This document shows, piece by piece, positions 37,538 to 47,005 of a DNA stretch of 64,000 nucleotides. Positions within the stretch are counted from its first letter, which is position 1. Every line of letters begins with the position of its first letter. The notes beneath the pieces were generated by a model that was not told the origin of the DNA, searched no databases, and worked only from the letters and a program-made list of their open reading frames with translations. Origin of the DNA: Spirochaetia bacterium (GTDB taxonomy: Bacteria; Spirochaetota; Spirochaetia; SZUA-6; Bin103). Both the position numbers and the translations under genes were made by a program. Location: contig CBDBOV010000006.1 in NCBI GenBank assembly GCA_965208575.1, positions 1,472,001 through 1,536,000 of the forward strand, read 5' to 3'.

Positions 37538-40500
37538 AGAAGCGATTCAAGCCCTGGCACCAGGTGGTGCGTCTGAAGGAGGAGTTGCGCAGCGGGGAGC
37601 TCGCGCTCGCCGAGTTTGCCGCTGACCTGCACGAGGTCACTCAGGCGCAGGGCCGGCGTCCGATCTACGAAGACCCGAGTCAGTTCTTCGCGCTCACCTA
37701 TCCGACCCACGCGCTGCGCGAGTTGGTGAAGGATGTGGCCGGACGGCTGGCCGGGGACAGCGACAAGGCGGTACGACAGCTAGAGCTGACCTACGGGGGC
37801 GGCAAGACCCATACGCTGATCACGCTCTATCACCTGTTTCGCGATCCGGCGGCCCTGCCCGACCTGCCAGCGGTGCGGGATTTCCGGGAGCACGTGGCCG
37901 CCGAATTGCCGCGAGCGTTGCCGGTGGCGCTCTGTTTCGACAAGATCGACGTTGAGCGGGGTCTTGACGGCGTACGAGCGCCCGACGGCGAGACCCGTAC
38001 GCTGCGCCATCCGTGGAGCGTGCTGGCGTTCCAGCTCGCAGGTGCCGCCGGACTGCGCGCAATTCACTCCTCCGGCCGCGACGAGGAACGCGAGACGCCG
38101 CCGGCCGAGCCGCTCCTGGTGGAGTTGATCGAACAACCGCAACGAGACGGCCATGCGACCTTGATCCTGGTGGACGAGGTGCTCATGTACGCCCGCGAGA
38201 AGGCGGGGCTCGATCTGGTGTGGCAGGACCGGATCACCGATTTCTTTCAGTACCTGACCCAGGCCGTGACCAAAGTGGACCGGGCGGCGATCGTCGCATC
38301 GCTCCTGGCCACCGACCCCAACAAGCAGCGGGGAAAGCTGGGCCAGTTGTTGATCACCGGGCTGTTCGACGTATTCCGCCGACAGCGAGAGGAAGGGGTC
38401 CAGCCGGTCCGCAAAGAGGACGTCACGGAAGTGTTGTGTCGTCGTTTCTTCGAACCGGATGGGATCCGCGATCGTAGTGCATTCCGTTCTCATGTCATCG
38501 GCGCGGTGCGGGGACTGGCCAAACTGGACGACGCAATCGCACGGGAGGGGGCGGCCGCTGAGCAGCGGTTCTGTGACAGCTTCCCGTTTCACCCCGAGCT
38601 CACTGACGTGTTCTACAGTCGGTGGACCCAGCTCGCGGGGTTCCAGCGTACACGTGGTATTCTGAGGACGCTCGCAACGGCACTGCGCGAGGCCGAGAAG
38701 TGGGACGTGAGCCCACTAATCGGTCCGGCGGCTTTGCTGGCCGCACCCGGGGCACCGCAGGTCTCTGAAGCGGTGCGCGAACTTGCAGGCGTCGCGAGCG
38801 CGGAGGGCGCCGGCGCCGAAAGCAGCCGCACTGACTGGGCGCCGTTGCTGGAGGCCGAACTCGCCCGTGCGCGGCGGATCCAGGACGAGCTGCCGTCGCT
38901 ACGCGACGGACGCGAGGCCGAACAGGCGGTGATCGCCGTGTTTCTGCACTCGCAGCCAATCGGTCACAAGGCGTATACGCCGGAACTCGTGCGGCTCACG
39001 GGAAGTTGCGCGCCGGACGCTATCGAGCTCGAAAAAGGACTGCGTCGCTGGCGGGAAATCTCGTGGTTCCTGGACGACGCCGACGCCGGGGTCGACGACG
39101 ACACGTTGGCGCGGTCGTTGCCGCCCTCGTGGCGGTTGGGCAACCGTCCCAATCTGCGCCAGATGCACGACGAAGCGTGCGCTCAGCGGGTCAGCGCTGA
39201 CGCGGTCGAAGCGCGTCTGGAAGAGGCGGTGCGCAGGACGAAGTCCCTGGTCGAAGGCGCCTCGGCCGTAGGGGTGAACGTACACCTGTTGCCCGCGGCA
39301 CCACGCGACGTGCGCGATGACGGCAGTTTCCGGTACGCGGTCCTCGGACCCGACGCGGTGTCGGAATCGGGGAAGCCGAGCCCGGTAACGAAACGTTTTC
39401 TCGACGAGACTACCGGACCCGATCGGCCGCGCGTGCACCGCAACGCCGTGGTGCTGGCGGTCGCCTCACGCGACGGGCTGGAAGCGGGGCGCGCGGCCGT
39501 GCGGGCGCTGCTTGGCTGGGAGGAGGTGCACGCCCAACTGGCAGGCCACGAAGTGGATGCCGTGCAGGCCGAGCGCCTCCGGCGCCGGCTCCAGGAGGCG
39601 CGCGGCCGCGTTCCGGAGACGGTGCGCCAAGCTTACGCAGTGGTGGTGACAGTGAACGAGCGCAACGCCGTTCACGCCTTCAAGTTGGCCGCGAGCAGCA
39701 GGCCGCTCTTCACCGAGATCAAGAACGACGACCGTTCGCGCATCAAGGAGACGCCGGTGGACGCGGCGGCGCTGCTGCCCGACGGTCCCTACGAGTTGTG
39801 GCGCGAGGGCGAAGATGCCCGGTTGGTAAAGGATCTGGCCGGGGCGTTCGCCCGTCACCCGCGGCTGCCGAAGGTGCTGACGCCGAAGGTGCTGCTCGGT
39901 ACGGTGCTGCAGGGCGTGCGGCGCGGTCTGCTCGTCGCGCGGCTCGCTCGCCCCGATGGCAGTGTCCGCACTTGGTGGCGCGAGCCGGTCGATGCGGCGG
40001 TGCGCGACGACCCGCAACTTGAGGTGGCTTTGCCCGAAACGGCGGAGTTGAGCACCTTGTCGGACACCCTGCTGGAACCCGGCGTGCTCCCGGATCTGTG
40101 GGGAGGAGCGGAAGACGCACCGACGGTGACGCTACGTGAAGTGATGGAGTACTTCGGTGGCGGACGTGTGGTCCACATTCCGAGAGAAGGGTACGACGAG
40201 CCGTACACGATTCCGGGCTGCTCCGATAAGCAGGTGCGTGACGCCGTGGCGCGGGCGGTGGTGCAGGGTACCGTGTGGCTGACCAACGGTCCCGCCTCCG
40301 TGTGGAAGGAGCCGCTCCCCTACGGTGTCCTCGATGCGAACGCCGTGCTGCATCCTGCGCCGGAGCCAATAGCGCCGCAGGAGCTCGTGGAAGCAGCGCT
40401 GCCCGGTGCGTGGAAGGAAGGCAAGACAAACGGCATCGCTCTGGCGCAGGCGCTGTCGCGGACTCGGGGTATCGCACTGCCCTGGGGCCTCGTCCGCGAC

Positions 40501-40905
40501 GCCATCGCCGCATCGGCGGCAAGCCGTTGGCTTCGGCTGGCAACCGGCAGCAGCAGGGTGAACTGCTCCTTCGAAGAGGCCGGAGGCTTGGTTATGGAAC
40601 GTCCCGCAGACGATTCGCAGCGGTACACCGCAACCGGTACTCCCTCACCGCGCCCTTGGGCGCGCAACGCAATAACACCCTCCAACCGCGGCGCAGTGCT
40701 TGACGGCGTGCAAATCCAGGACCTCGCCGACCAGATTCCGCAACTGCTGGCGGCGAGCGCTGGCGCCGACTTGAGCTTTCGCGTCCAGGTCGAACTCGCC
40801 GGTGAATTATCGCGCGAAGACCGCGCCACCGTGGACGCACTGCTGGCCGAGGTGTCCGAAGATCTCAAATCGGCGTTTGCACCACCCGACGGAGATAGTT
40901 GCTAA
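37534..40905 (+). CDS. DUF499-domain AAA+ ATPase (BrxC-related)
   Basis: KPWHQVV.L..E..SG.L...EFAADL, LTYGGGKTH, ILVDE, FPFHPEL, FQRTRG.LR. Confidence 0.88.
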   Translation: MKKRFKPWHQVVRLKEELRSGELALAEFAADLHEVTQAQGRRPIYEDPSQFFALTYPTHALRELVKDVAGRLAGDSDKAVRQLELTYGGGKTHTLITLYHLFRDPAALPDLPAVRDFREHVAAELPRALPVALCFDKIDVERGLDGVRAPDGETRTLRHPWSVLAFQLAGAAGLRAIHSSGRDEERETPPAEPLLVELIEQPQRDGHATLILVDEVLMYAREKAGLDLVWQDRITDFFQYLTQAVTKVDRAAIVASLLATDPNKQRGKLGQLLITGLFDVFRRQREEGVQPVRKEDVTEVLCRRFFEPDGIRDRSAFRSHVIGAVRGLAKLDDAIAREGAAAEQRFCDSFPFHPELTDVFYSRWTQLAGFQRTRGILRTLATALREAEKWDVSPLIGPAALLAAPGAPQVSEAVRELAGVASAEGAGAESSRTDWAPLLEAELARARRIQDELPSLRDGREAEQAVIAVFLHSQPIGHKAYTPELVRLTGSCAPDAIELEKGLRRWREISWFLDDADAGVDDDTLARSLPPSWRLGNRPNLRQMHDEACAQRVSADAVEARLEEAVRRTKSLVEGASAVGVNVHLLPAAPRDVRDDGSFRYAVLGPDAVSESGKPSPVTKRFLDETTGPDRPRVHRNAVVLAVASRDGLEAGRAAVRALLGWEEVHAQLAGHEVDAVQAERLRRRLQEARGRVPETVRQAYAVVVTVNERNAVHAFKLAASSRPLFTEIKNDDRSRIKETPVDAAALLPDGPYELWREGEDARLVKDLAGAFARHPRLPKVLTPKVLLGTVLQGVRRGLLVARLARPDGSVRTWWREPVDAAVRDDPQLEVALPETAELSTLSDTLLEPGVLPDLWGGAEDAPTVTLREVMEYFGGGRVVHIPREGYDEPYTIPGCSDKQVRDAVARAVVQGTVWLTNGPASVWKEPLPYGVLDANAVLHPAPEPIAPQELVEAALPGAWKEGKTNGIALAQALSRTRGIALPWGLVRDAIAASAASRWLRLATGSSRVNCSFEEAGGLVMERPADDSQRYTATGTPSPRPWARNAITPSNRGAVLDGVQIQDLADQIPQLLAASAGADLSFRVQVELAGELSREDRATVDALLAEVSEDLKSAFAPPDGDSC

Positions 40906-41168
40906 CCGGGTGGCTCCTGTTTCGTACGTGTTTCGAGGGGGCAACGGCAGATGCCCAAAGCCTTTCCGGGTTGTCCGGGCAATTCGCGCGCCACCGCTCG
41001 TCGCAACAAGCATACGGTGTCAGCAGCGGTCCGTGGAGAAATTCGTACGTGCGTAGTGCCGGACGATTCAGGCACCGGTGCACGTGTACGCAGGCTCGTC
41101 CGCGGAATGGGACTGCTCACAGACGCGGTCCACGCTTCGTACCGGTCCCATAGACAGCACCAGAGTCG

Positions 41169-41471
41169 TCAAACGCTACGGCGATACAATCTTTCCTTCT
41201 GGCGCTCCAGCTTCTGCATCTTCCGGCGCAAGCTGTCCAATCTGTCGATCTGTTCACGTACGCAGTCAGGTTCCGGGAGACCTCTGGTGCGCGGTTTCGC
41301 AAGAGTCTGGTCATGTCGCACGTCGGAAAACTCCGAAAGGGACTCGCCAAGCTGTTGGAGGGTTCTCGCCACCCGTCGCAGCTCGCGGCTGACGTCGTCA
41401 ATCTCCAACCTCACTTCCTCAATCCGGTAGAGAACGTCCATCTTTTTCCGTCTATTGTCGTCCTTGTTCAT
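41169..41471 (-). CDS. Small coiled-coil hypothetical protein
   Basis: 100-aa charged helical ORF with GAGGAGG RBS, downstream of and co-oriented with the KAP gene. Confidence 0.55.
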   Translation of the reverse strand: MNKDDNRRKKMDVLYRIEEVRLEIDDVSRELRRVARTLQQLGESLSEFSDVRHDQTLAKPRTRGLPEPDCVREQIDRLDSLRRKMQKLERQKERLYRRSV

Positions 41472-41530
41472 ACTCAGTCCTCCTCGTGACGAGCTGCGTC
41501 GCTGGCCGCGAGAAACGCGTAACAGGATGC

Positions 41531-44500
41531 CTACGCAAGTCGGGCGACACCATTGTAATGGCTAACCTTCTCTTCTGTAGCCTGTTCGCCTGACGTTTGG
41601 TGAGCATAAATAGCCTTCTTGAGTTCCTCAAGAACCCTGTCGCAAAACGCCTGCCGACCGTCCGGCGGAAGTTGCAGCGCTACCTGTCTGATACTCCCGT
41701 GCACCCATTCACGGAAAGCAGAACCGGCGTCCTCCGACAGAGACCATGCATCGGTTAGTCCCGCTACTACATGGGGCGGTATCGGTTCTTCAATGTCGTG
41801 TGACTCTGCCTCGTGGCGCACACTCTGCAGGGCGGCGAGTGCAACCACCAGGGAGTCGCCAGGTAACACCTCCGGATCTTCGGTCCGCCACCTATTGCGA
41901 GACAAGGCAGCCAGAAAGCGAACCCTGTTGACAAACCGCTTGAATTGGCGCGGCGAATCTGTCCTAGCCCGCACAACCGGATGCCATATTTCCAATGCCC
42001 GCTTGAACTCGGGTGAGTCTTGTGAGTGGTCTTCTTCACGTCGCGAAAGGTACTCTCGAGTGACGAACAAATGAACAGTGATAGCGATTAGCGTTATCAG
42101 CCATGTCGCAAGTGGTACCCTCGTTGAGCGAGGGTGCTGGAATGCCGTAGGACCAGGAAAGTCATTGTCTCTCTCAGTGACTCGGACACTAGGAGCTCTA
42201 CTATCGTGGAAACGCGATTCCCCGCTCTCCACTAAGTGCTCGATAATCGCAGCGCCGTCACCGGCATCCACGTCGTTGGTCGCAGAAACGGTTACCGATT
42301 GTGCAACACTCCAGGTCTCGGGTGTGAACGTGAGCGCCGTGCCGGCCGCTACCGTGAGATCCAGATCTCCTTCGCGTCGCGCCGCCTTGATCACGACGGA
42401 AAGCGACGGTTGCTCCGTCAGAACCACGGTGTATTCTTCTGATGAGCCCTCACGAACTTCCAACTCTGTTGGAGAAATCTCGACCAAGGGACTCTGGGGA
42501 GGCGGCGAAGGAACCGTCGTTACCGACTCGGACGCAGTCTCGTCGATGGGTGCGGGTGACGGCAAGATCCGTCCAAAGACGAACAACAACGCTGCCGGCA
42601 ATCCAACGATAACTATGACAAACGTGATGAACTGCGTGATCTTATTAAGTCGTCCGGGCTCCCTTCCAGTCTTCGCCGGACCTGAAGCTCTAGGGCGCAA
42701 TCTCCGTATGAACGTCGCCATGTCGCGTTCGGATACCCTTGGGATCTTTACTTCAAGGTTGATGATCTTTTCGAGATACTGTCGAGCGTAATCGGCCCGT
42801 TTCAGACGCTCGGTGTCGTCGTTGCTACTGGACTTGCTTTCCTCATCAGAGTATACGACAGACACCTCCTGGGCGATGTCCTTGAATCGTAGACCCACAC
42901 ACCGTGTGACGTGTTCGCGTGCGATCCCGAAGACTACGTAACACTGTGCCGCGTCAGCAAGGAAGTTGATTGCTTCAAGTGTGTCTACGACTTGCTCCGG
43001 ACGGCAGCGATCCAAATCGTCGATAGTAATTACCAAGTGTTGCGGATTCATAGCTTCAACTACTTCCTGCAGTGCTTCCCGAAACTTGTGACGGAATCCG
43101 AGCTGGTTGCCGAATCTCTTTGGGCGCACAATTCTCGCCGTAGCTGCCAGCAGGTCGCCGGGATTTACTCGTTTTAGATCCGGCACAAGCACCTTCCATG
43201 CGGTGTAAGGAAGTGGTATTAGAGACAAAAAGACGGTCACGATGACGCCAGTATTGCCATCGCTAGAGTTCATACCTTCCAATGTTGGCAGTAACTCGAT
43301 TGTCGTGATCAACCAATCGGGAAAGACCAATGTGCCAACACAGATTACAAGCAGAATGAGGAGGAGTGTCGTCCAAAACAGGTGACGAGACAGCCTTTGG
43401 CCGGCTAGTCTCGCATAGAATCGAAAGCCGGAACGAGTGAACAGGGGGGGGAGCGCTTGCTCGCAGATGGACTGCATCAGGGACGCGAACATGTGACGTT
43501 CTTTTTGGTGATGCCACGCATTGAACCACACAGCGTTGTGGTTCCGCGATTTTAGATTCTCATGAACGAGATTCATGAGGGAACTCTTGCCTTGACCCCA
43601 ATCGCCCGTGATGGCTACGGTCAGGGGTGGTTCGGAAGCCGGGTTGTGCAGGACGTCAGCTAGTGCCTTGGCGATGGGCTCCCGTTGGAGCGTATCTTCT
43701 CCTGTTCTGATCGGGCGGTCGGATACGAATTGATCTGCGACGTTCGACGCTGGCGGCGGGTCGGGCAACCGTCGACGAGCGGGCAGAGCCGCAAGGATGC
43801 CTACGGTGAACATGATCCAGGTCCATGGCGCCGGGAGCTTGCGGTAGTCTGTCAGAGTCGAAGACCATGTCGCACCACCGTCGCCCGTATTGAGGATTGC
43901 ACCGTCATGACCCACAGTCCAACCCAAGACAGAGTCGCCCGCGACCGCGACCGCGACAGAGGTGAATGACGCCGACTCCAGCTCGCTCGGAAGACCGGCA
44001 TTACTCGGAGTCCAGGTGTCGCCGTCGGTTGTCCTGAGGATGGTGCCATTACTGCCGACGGCCAATCCTGTGGTACCGTTTCTCGTAAACGCGACAGATC
44101 TGAGGTCCGCGGCGGTGTCGGTCGAGCGGCGCTCCCACGTCTGACCACCGTCGGCCGTCTTGAGGATCGTGCCGCGGCGCCCGACAACCCAGCCAGTGGC
44201 GCCATCCGCACTGAATGTCACCCACTCAAGCCACGCGGTCGTACCGCTGTCGAGCCGCTCCCATGTCTGTCCTCCGTCCGTGATCTTGACTATCCCCGCG
44301 GACGGCCCAACGGCCCAAGCCGTTGCGCCGTCGACGCTGGACGTAACCGATTCGGTATTTGGGGAACGTCTGGGAAACTGGGTCCAGGTGTCGCCGCCGT
44401 CGGTGCTCCTGACCACAGTGTTGTTCCACCCCACCGCCCAACCGGTGGTGTCGTCAGCGGCGAACGTCACGGAGGTTAAGAATCCAATGTCGATGTCGAA

Positions 44501-45916
44501 TCCGGCGTCGCGGGGCATCCATGAAGCACCGCCGTTGTCCGTCTTGAGAATGGTCCCATTCTCTCCCACCGCCCAACCGGTTTCACCATCGTTTGAGGAT
44601 GTCACCGATAGAAGGTCATTCGAGGTGATGTCGCCTCTCCAACTGTCTTCCGAAGTGATGTCCTCCGAAGTGCTGATGTGGCGTGGCTTCCAGGTTGCAC
44701 CACCGTTGCTCGTCCCAAGAATCGTGCCGTTCCGGCCTACGATCCACCCTGTTGTGCCGCCGTCGGTGAATGTTACCGACTCGAAGTCATCGGAGGCTCC
44801 GCGGGCGCGGGGGAACCAGGTTTCGCCGCCATCCTTGGTCTTGAGAATCGTGCCGTTCCGGCCCACGATCCACCCAGTCCTGCCATCGCGCCTGAACGTC
44901 ACTGATTCCAAATCCACCGACGTACCGCTGCGCTTCCTCTCCCAACTCTCGCCAGCGTCGACCGTCTTGAGGATATCACCGTCGATCCCCACGGCCCACC
45001 CCGTGAGGCCGTCGCCTGCGAAGGTGACTGAGTTGAGAATCAAAGGCTCGGGGAAAATACGTCGCTCCCACGTATCGCCGCCGTCAACCGTCTTGAGAAT
45101 GGTCACGGGCTGGGCGCCGTCGATCGGAATGTTCGGGAACGGACCGACCGCCCAGCCGGTCCGACCGTCGGCAGAGAACGTCACCGATTCAAGGCGTTCG
45201 GATGTTGGGCTAGCGCGCGGCGCCCAGCTCTCGCCACGATCTACCGACTTGAGGATGGTGCCGTTCTGTCCCACCGCCCAGCCCGTTTTGCCATCTCCAG
45301 CGAAGGTCACCGAAGAGAGATCCTGCGACGTGGTGCTGTTCACTCGGCGCCAGTTGTCGCCAGCGTCGGTCGTCTTGAGGATGGTGCCATTCCAGCCCAC
45401 CGCCCAGCCCGTCTCGCCATCTCCAGCGAAGGTCACCGAAGAGAGATCCTGCGACGTGGTGCTGTTCACTCGGCGCCAGTTGTCGCCAGCATCGGTCGTC
45501 TTGAGGATGGTGCCGGACCATCCCACCGCCCAACCGCGCAGAGCGTCATCCGCGAAGGTGACCGATTCGAGCGGAAAATTACCCAAACTAGCGCGTTGCT
45601 CCCACGTGTCGCCACCATCAGTTGTCTTGAAAATCCGGACAAACTGGCCGACGGCCCACCCCGTTCGTCCATCGGCGGCGAAGGTGACCGAATAGAGGTC
45701 GCTGGAAATGGAAAGCAGCCGGAGATGCGGATTGCGCTCGATTGGGTACCAAAGCTGCGAATTGCCTATGGGCTCAAAGGGATCGGGATGCGGCGGCTGC
45801 AAATAGGCTCCCAAGCACGCACCGATGACCAGCGCGATCGATAGCCCCAACCACAGTAATCTCCGGCGCAAGAACCGACGATCTTGCAGCTTGGTCAACA
45901 CCTCCTGCCACGTCAT
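41531..45916 (-). CDS. Membrane protein: YCF48/BNR beta-propeller + KAP-family P-loop NTPase + Ig/Calx-beta-like insert
   Basis: N-terminal TM; ~14 repeats of L.SVTF..DG.TGWAVG..GTILKT.DGG..W; TM; GDWGQGKSS, WFNAW, two TMs, IDDLDRC, YLEKII; TM-Ig-like-TM; SPRQFKRFVN. Confidence 0.85.
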   Translation of the reverse strand: MTWQEVLTKLQDRRFLRRRLLWLGLSIALVIGACLGAYLQPPHPDPFEPIGNSQLWYPIERNPHLRLLSISSDLYSVTFAADGRTGWAVGQFVRIFKTTDGGDTWEQRASLGNFPLESVTFADDALRGWAVGWSGTILKTTDAGDNWRRVNSTTSQDLSSVTFAGDGETGWAVGWNGTILKTTDAGDNWRRVNSTTSQDLSSVTFAGDGKTGWAVGQNGTILKSVDRGESWAPRASPTSERLESVTFSADGRTGWAVGPFPNIPIDGAQPVTILKTVDGGDTWERRIFPEPLILNSVTFAGDGLTGWAVGIDGDILKTVDAGESWERKRSGTSVDLESVTFRRDGRTGWIVGRNGTILKTKDGGETWFPRARGASDDFESVTFTDGGTTGWIVGRNGTILGTSNGGATWKPRHISTSEDITSEDSWRGDITSNDLLSVTSSNDGETGWAVGENGTILKTDNGGASWMPRDAGFDIDIGFLTSVTFAADDTTGWAVGWNNTVVRSTDGGDTWTQFPRRSPNTESVTSSVDGATAWAVGPSAGIVKITDGGQTWERLDSGTTAWLEWVTFSADGATGWVVGRRGTILKTADGGQTWERRSTDTAADLRSVAFTRNGTTGLAVGSNGTILRTTDGDTWTPSNAGLPSELESASFTSVAVAVAGDSVLGWTVGHDGAILNTGDGGATWSSTLTDYRKLPAPWTWIMFTVGILAALPARRRLPDPPPASNVADQFVSDRPIRTGEDTLQREPIAKALADVLHNPASEPPLTVAITGDWGQGKSSLMNLVHENLKSRNHNAVWFNAWHHQKERHMFASLMQSICEQALPPLFTRSGFRFYARLAGQRLSRHLFWTTLLLILLVICVGTLVFPDWLITTIELLPTLEGMNSSDGNTGVIVTVFLSLIPLPYTAWKVLVPDLKRVNPGDLLAATARIVRPKRFGNQLGFRHKFREALQEVVEAMNPQHLVITIDDLDRCRPEQVVDTLEAINFLADAAQCYVVFGIAREHVTRCVGLRFKDIAQEVSVVYSDEESKSSSNDDTERLKRADYARQYLEKIINLEVKIPRVSERDMATFIRRLRPRASGPAKTGREPGRLNKITQFITFVIVIVGLPAALLFVFGRILPSPAPIDETASESVTTVPSPPPQSPLVEISPTELEVREGSSEEYTVVLTEQPSLSVVIKAARREGDLDLTVAAGTALTFTPETWSVAQSVTVSATNDVDAGDGAAIIEHLVESGESRFHDSRAPSVRVTERDNDFPGPTAFQHPRSTRVPLATWLITLIAITVHLFVTREYLSRREEDHSQDSPEFKRALEIWHPVVRARTDSPRQFKRFVNRVRFLAALSRNRWRTEDPEVLPGDSLVVALAALQSVRHEAESHDIEEPIPPHVVAGLTDAWSLSEDAGSAFREWVHGSIRQVALQLPPDGRQAFCDRVLEELKKAIYAHQTSGEQATEEKVSHYNGVARLA
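45271..45514. repeat. 126-bp tandem duplication (one propeller blade)
   Basis: 45271-45388 vs 45397-45514 differ at 3 of 118 positions by eye. Confidence 0.9.
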
Positions 45917-46538
45917 GACAAAGCCAACAAGCCTCTGGAATGTGCGAAGCTCTCGTTACCGTTCACGAACATACGCGCTCCATACGCACGCATCGCCGTG
46001 CTACGAGGTCCTGTCGAAGGCATGTAAACGATTGGACCCAAGGCAGTTGACAGTCCTCCATTCGGCCCTCCAGCTCGGGAAGCTCGTGCACTAACTGATC
46101 ACACTGCGGTGCCGGCAACCAGTCGGCACCACTGAAGAGCTGCGGCATCCGTGCCAGCCACCTGTGTGGGTATCTCAATTCTGTCGGGTGGATTCCCAAC
46201 AATCTGGCCAGTTGGCGGAAGCTATACTGAGTGTTTCCGGCGGCAGGGTCAAGATGCTGAGTGGATGAAGGGCCGTTGCGCACACCCCAAGGACTGGAGC
46301 CAGGATCCAACCGACTTGCGCGCCGTCGACACCCCGCCTGGGTGTCGGACCGAGTCGCCGGCTTCAACCAATCCACGTACCACCTCGCCGCGCGGCTGTT
46401 GTGTTTCGGCGTGGAGCACCCCTTGGTCGAGCTGGACCGTTCCGCTTCACCCCCGGCCTCGGCCCTTCGTCGAGCGACGCAGACACTCTCATCGTGGTGC
46501 GAGCCCCTGTACCGTAGAGCGACCGCACAATCCCAATT

Positions 46539-46665
46539 CGTGATTGGCTTCGCCGATATCGGTGTAGGAGTCGACCTGTTTGTATACACCGAGCAAGAGG
46601 TGGCCGCCGGGACCTTCCCGCGGCCGCCACCGCGCTCCGAGCCGGAATCGAATTCTATCTGGCAG
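46539..46665 (+). pseudogene. Decayed 3' fragment of an MNT gene homologous to 19347-19733
   Basis: IGVGVDLFVYTEQEVAAGTFP vs IGVGVDLFVYTEQELAAGTIP; 50/63 nt identical (46558-46620 vs 19572-19634), mostly synonymous; continues after a frameshift as AATALRAGIEF. Confidence 0.85.
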
Positions 46666-47005
46666 TCGATACCAGTGGAGCTGCTGACGCGGCGTACTGG
46701 AACGGATGAAGCGACCCTGAGTCTGAGGTGTTCTCCGCGTACATCGGTAACTTGCACTCCTTCGAGTCCACCTTGTTTGGCCGTTGGGCCGGCGTCTGGT
46801 TCGGTGCCGAAGCGATGACGAAGTGATCCGAATCGTGCTGAGAACCGGACCAACGGGTCGTAGCTGCTGTCTCTCGTACCGAGATCGGCGGAGCTGACCT
46901 TGTCGCGTTGCAACTGGGACATCTTATAGCCGGAGAAGGCGAAGACCATACCCGCCTGACGGCGCAGCCTGTGCTTGCCACGGTGCTTGGAGTTCGGGAG
47001 ATTGC

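Noticed and set aside
44160-45695. 511-aa plus-strand repetitive ORF
   Set aside because: Antisense mirror of the YCF48 repeats.
45963-46990. ORFs 45963-48215 (-) and 46261-46818 (+); weak HTH-like stretch SFRQLARLLGIHP
   Set aside because: Chimeric frames through decayed DNA; only the MNT fragment is supportable.
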